A stretch of 36,821 nt of DNA from assembly GCF_001194135.2 (NCBI RefSeq), contig NC_068982.1, forward strand, positions 142,094,907 through 142,131,727. Reading direction: 5' to 3'. A model generated the notes under the pieces. The model made no database searches and had not been told where the DNA came from. It was given only the letters and a program-made list of their open reading frames with translations. The DNA comes from Octopus bimaculoides (taxonomy: Eukaryota). Positions 32,800-36,821 of the stretch are shown here, piece by piece. The stretch's first letter is position 1; each line of letters starts with the position of its first letter. The position numbers and the translations under genes are program-made.

Positions 32800-35700
32800 A
32801 CTCTCATCTATCTCTTACGTACAAAATGTTTGCAAGTTTAATATATCTTCCATTTTAATTTCTACTTCCAAACATACTTTCGAAATTTTGAAAGAAATTT
32901 GACACGATAGTGGGAACTTATTCTTTTAAACGCTTCCATCTTCGCGTTGTGCTGGAGAGGAGACTAGTTGACGTCTTCTCACCAAAATAAGTTCATGAAC
33001 TGGTCTTCGTTATGGATGATTTTAGAATCTGTTACACATGAGACTAACCATTCAGTATAATTCTAGAGGTCAACGATCTGTGAACATTGAACACTTGTCC
33101 CCAAGACTATCTGACAGCAAATGTTGGCCATAGAGCACGGTATAATATTTATTGCATCATTTCAAAATCTGAAGACATGAAGCAGCTGCATTTTAAACCT
33201 CCGACAGGTGGCGTGAGTGAGGAGAGATTCATTCATATAAATTATTTAGAACCTTGCCAGCTCTACATCTAACGTACTCTATTTGACTAGCATTATATAA
33301 GACTGTACTCGATAGATATCTTGGCAAAGTATCGTAAATGATTGCCACTTACTTAACACTCTGTCGTTATTTCAAGAAATATGGTGATGAAGAAAATTCT
33401 GTCTGTTTTTTCTAATTTGTGCCTTCTTTTACAACGAATTCTTTTCCGTATTTCTCTTAGTAAATTTTCCTGTTCAAAAGAATATTCCCTGAATGCACCT
33501 GTACATCTTGAAATTAGATGTCATACACCCAGGCTTCTATATTGTCGAGATTCTAATGACACTGAACACAGACGTTCAACAAATCTGGATACTGGTCATC
33601 CCTGTTAGTATTGCGATTACTATCATCCTCACAATATTATTTCTTTTGTAAAACTTGAACTTTTACAACTCATATATATTAGTTATTGTTTCTCAGTTGG
33701 ATGTTTGGGACTGGTAATTCAGCATTAACCTCATTCGGTTATTTTGTCGTTTAGGACTCTAAAGACTGAATCCAGTGATACGCGACGAGGATTTCGGTCT
33801 TTGAATGACGCACGCACAGCGGCCTAATAATAAGAATGTGTATACCAATAATTAGTTATAGATTGTCTATATTTAACCAAGTACATACGAAATTTGGAAA
33901 ATTCCCAGCTAAATGTGGTGTAACGGAAATGATATAGAATATTTAATGTTATCTTACTTTGCTGAATTCCGTTAATGTCATTGTAGATTCGCAATTCTCT
34001 GCTTGGGTTCTGCTGAGGGTGAATATTTTTACGATTAAAGGACAAATGATTTTGGGATCCTACTCAGGAAAATCTAGTTGAAAATCTGAAAATGTCTTTT
34101 CCTCATCCGGATACTTTTAGCTAACTTTATTTAACTTAATTACCTTAATTTCGTTCGTAAGAATATTCATTTTAAATTTATATAAGACTGATACTTCTGC
34201 AATGAATTCTGTTGTATACAAGGTTAGAAAGTTTTCTTAAAGTGTATTGGTAAAAGTCCAGTAGGGAATTTATTAATGGAGTAAATACCGTAATTAAAAT
34301 TCGGACAGTGAATGTTTTCAAGGAATGGATCTCAGAAAGAAAACAAGAGTTTAAATCCAAATACACGAGAAACTGGTTGTAACAGTAGCATAATTTATTT
34401 TGCTTTACCGATAAAAAAAAAAAAAGAAAAAAAAAAGAACGCCCAAACTCCATCAGATATAGTTGTTCAGCTATTGTTCTATCACTTTTATACAATTATA
34501 TTTGATGTTTATCTGTCACATATCAGCCTTCATGAAGCAGTCGTAAGAGTAACGTTCTCCTTGTGGTGATGTATTCTAGGTTTTAATTCTAAGTATACGC
34601 AAAAGTATTCAACTGACTGAATAATCATATTCTGCCTTGAGTCGTTTTGCTATATTAACATACCATATTTTAATCTACAACTATTCACGTGTTTCTTTCG
34701 TAAGTATGTAAATTCCAGTGCTTCAGTGACGAGGTCTAATAATAACAGAATATAACTGGAATTTGTCACTGTTCTTCAGATTTAATCAGTATCAGTTTCT
34801 ATAAGGTTTACATCCCAATATTCTAAATGTTAATTTCATTTCAATAACATGTGATTTTAGAGTTAGCCTTCGCACCGTCGTCATTTCTAAGGTTTCAGCT
34901 AACATTTCCTCTTTTTTTTAATTGTAATTAAAATATCTACTTATTACCTTAAAATGGTAGCACTGATTAAAGCGATTTTACAATATGGAATGCGGACGGT
35001 TCTAGTTATTTGAAGCCTAATTAGAAACTTCTGTAGCAAGAATATTATATTTATACTACACACACTCACAGAAAACAGACACACCAATAACGTATTTAGA
35101 ATAATACAAATATGATATACTATATATGGATAAACTTCTGGGATTTTTAATATAAGGTATATATAATTAGACATTACAAGCACAATGTTGAGACCGAAAA
35201 GAGAAATATGCAACACACTTTTCAGTCTTCAAATGGTACTCTCAGTCTTCAAATGTGTTAATTTATACGATTGTTACACAATACGCTGGCCTGAAAGAAT
35301 AATATCATATTCATAATGATATTCATAACTTGTTCGTTTAGCTGCATGGGTGGAGGTTATTTCAATGTAAATTGAAATTAAAACTCTGATCATGATAAAG
35401 CTTACTTGTCACTGAAAACTAGAGTATCATTTATTTCTGTAGAGAATAAAAGAAGACATGAAATATAGATAAGAAAATGATAGAAAGACATAAAAAGAAA
35501 TTCATTTAGGGTATGTATGTTTGTATGTATGTATGTGCGAGTGATGATGTAGAAATTTAGTAGTAAAATATATCTTTGTGAAGCTGCGCTAGTACATATA
35601 TGTGTCTTCAGCAGTAGAGAATTAAACTCTATCACATTAACATGTTTTGAATATAAACATCATGTGAAATATTTCCATAATAGGAATTAATAATTAGCTA

Positions 35701-36278
35701 GGTGTGATATCAATTATATATTTTATTTATAGAATAATTTTATAATAGGAATTATAGATATGAATTAATACAAGAATCTAGTTGTTCTGCTAAAGATATT
35801 TTTTGTTTATAAAATCACGTGATAAACAAAAAAAAAGATAAGAAAATGAAATTATTATTGTTAAGAATTGGTAAAGAATGTAAAATATAGGAACTACTAG
35901 TTTAGTTAACAAATTTTTCTTCTGAAATTTACAAATTATTCATTGATGCAAACTTTTGAATAGTCCTAACGCAACATATTCGCACGTATTAACTCACTCT
36001 TTCACCCACACGTAAACGGTAAACGAACGGAAATACACACACACACATACACACAGAAGAAAATACAGTTAGAAAAAAAGAAAACTTACAAGTTTACACT
36101 TCTCCACACCTGTATGCGAATACAGGTGCATGCATAAGAGGGTATATAGAATATCCATGTCATAACGTGGGTGTGCATGTGTGTACGTGTGTATGTGTGT
36201 TTGTGTGTATTTATGTGTGTACGTTTATCTTTAACTGTGTGAGTATATATATATATATATATAGATATACATATATAT

Positions 36279-36672
36279 ACGCAGTGGTGTAAAGAGCTTA
36301 TCTCCCAGCCACATAGTTCTGGGTTCAGTCGTACTTCATGGCTCCTTGGGCAATTGTCTTCTACTATAGACTCAGGCCTACCAAAGTCTTTTTGTAGACG
36401 GAAATTGAAAGTGCGTGTGTGCGCGCGTGTGTGAAAGCATGTGTATTTGCTTGCGTTTGCGTGTGTAACTGTTGGTATAAGTTTGTCCCCACCACTTTCT
36501 AACAACCGGTGTTGGTCTAATTATGACCTCGTACCTTACCGTTTCAGCTACAAACAAAAAACACGGTAGAATAAGTACCCGGCTAAAAACCGAAATAATG
36601 GGGTCTATTTATTCAGCTAAAATTTCTTCGACGCAGTGCCCTAGCATGGCCACAATTTAATGACTGAAACAC
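36279..36672 (+). mobile_element. SINE family A, full length, diverged
   Basis: Head CCACATAGTTCTGGGTTCAGTC..CCTTGGGCAATTGTCTTCTACTATAG, internal (TG)n-rich tract at about 36410-36470, then GTTTGTCCCCACC..ACAACCGGTGTTGG..GGTAGAATAAGTAC..CTAGCATGGCCACAATTTAATGACTGAAAC. Confidence 0.85.
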
Positions 36673-36821
36673 TGCAACTACACACGTGCAGTTGGCGATT
36701 TCTTTCCCTTCTTTGAACTTTTACTAGTTCGACATTAATACCTCCCTTGTGGACGTCCTCTAGTTGCTTGTTATGGTTAATTTTATTATTCGTTTATTTG
36801 AGCTGAATATAAATATATATA

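Noticed and set aside
33493-33651. 52-aa ORF ending in a hydrophobic, transmembrane-like stretch
   Set aside because: T-rich DNA naturally encodes I/L/F runs; no homology recognised.
33958-34012. Minus-strand candidate exon with a GTAAGA donor
   Set aside because: Weak acceptor and unrecognisable peptide; cannot be supported without RNA data.
354-36672. tRNA-like A/B-box sequences as tRNA genes
   Set aside because: All continue into SINE bodies and lack a full cloverleaf; they are SINE heads.
1-36821. CRISPR arrays, rRNA genes or prokaryotic systems
   Set aside because: No regularly spaced direct repeats with unique spacers, no rRNA-like sequence and no operon-like coding density.

Overview
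AT-rich, repeat-saturated eukaryotic non-coding DNA (intergenic or intronic) from a gapped short-read assembly with 11 N-gaps, most of them flanked by (TA)n or another microsatellite. The SINE families, the microsatellite load and the LINE types point to an octopus genome (probably Octopus bimaculoides; this is inferred from remembered repeat consensus sequences, not from a search). I can support no intact host gene. The long ORFs in the track are translations of N-runs or microsatellites, and the protein-like ones are decayed transposon fragments. The window contains: (i) at least three tRNA-derived SINE families (about 13 copies or fragments); (ii) CR1-clade LINE relics, two of which end in the same 3' tail as SINE family A; (iii) R4/Dong-like RLE-type LINE relics, three of them stacked head-to-tail at AAT repeats; (iv) a pogo/Tigger deletion derivative; (v) four short Penelope-type repeats carrying minimal type-I hammerhead-ribozyme-like motifs with non-canonical cores, two of them in tandem about 210 nt apart. 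The most interesting items are the hammerhead-like repeats, the SINE/LINE shared tail and the AAT-associated retroelement stack. All are variants of known phenomena, and I found no clearly new biological system.
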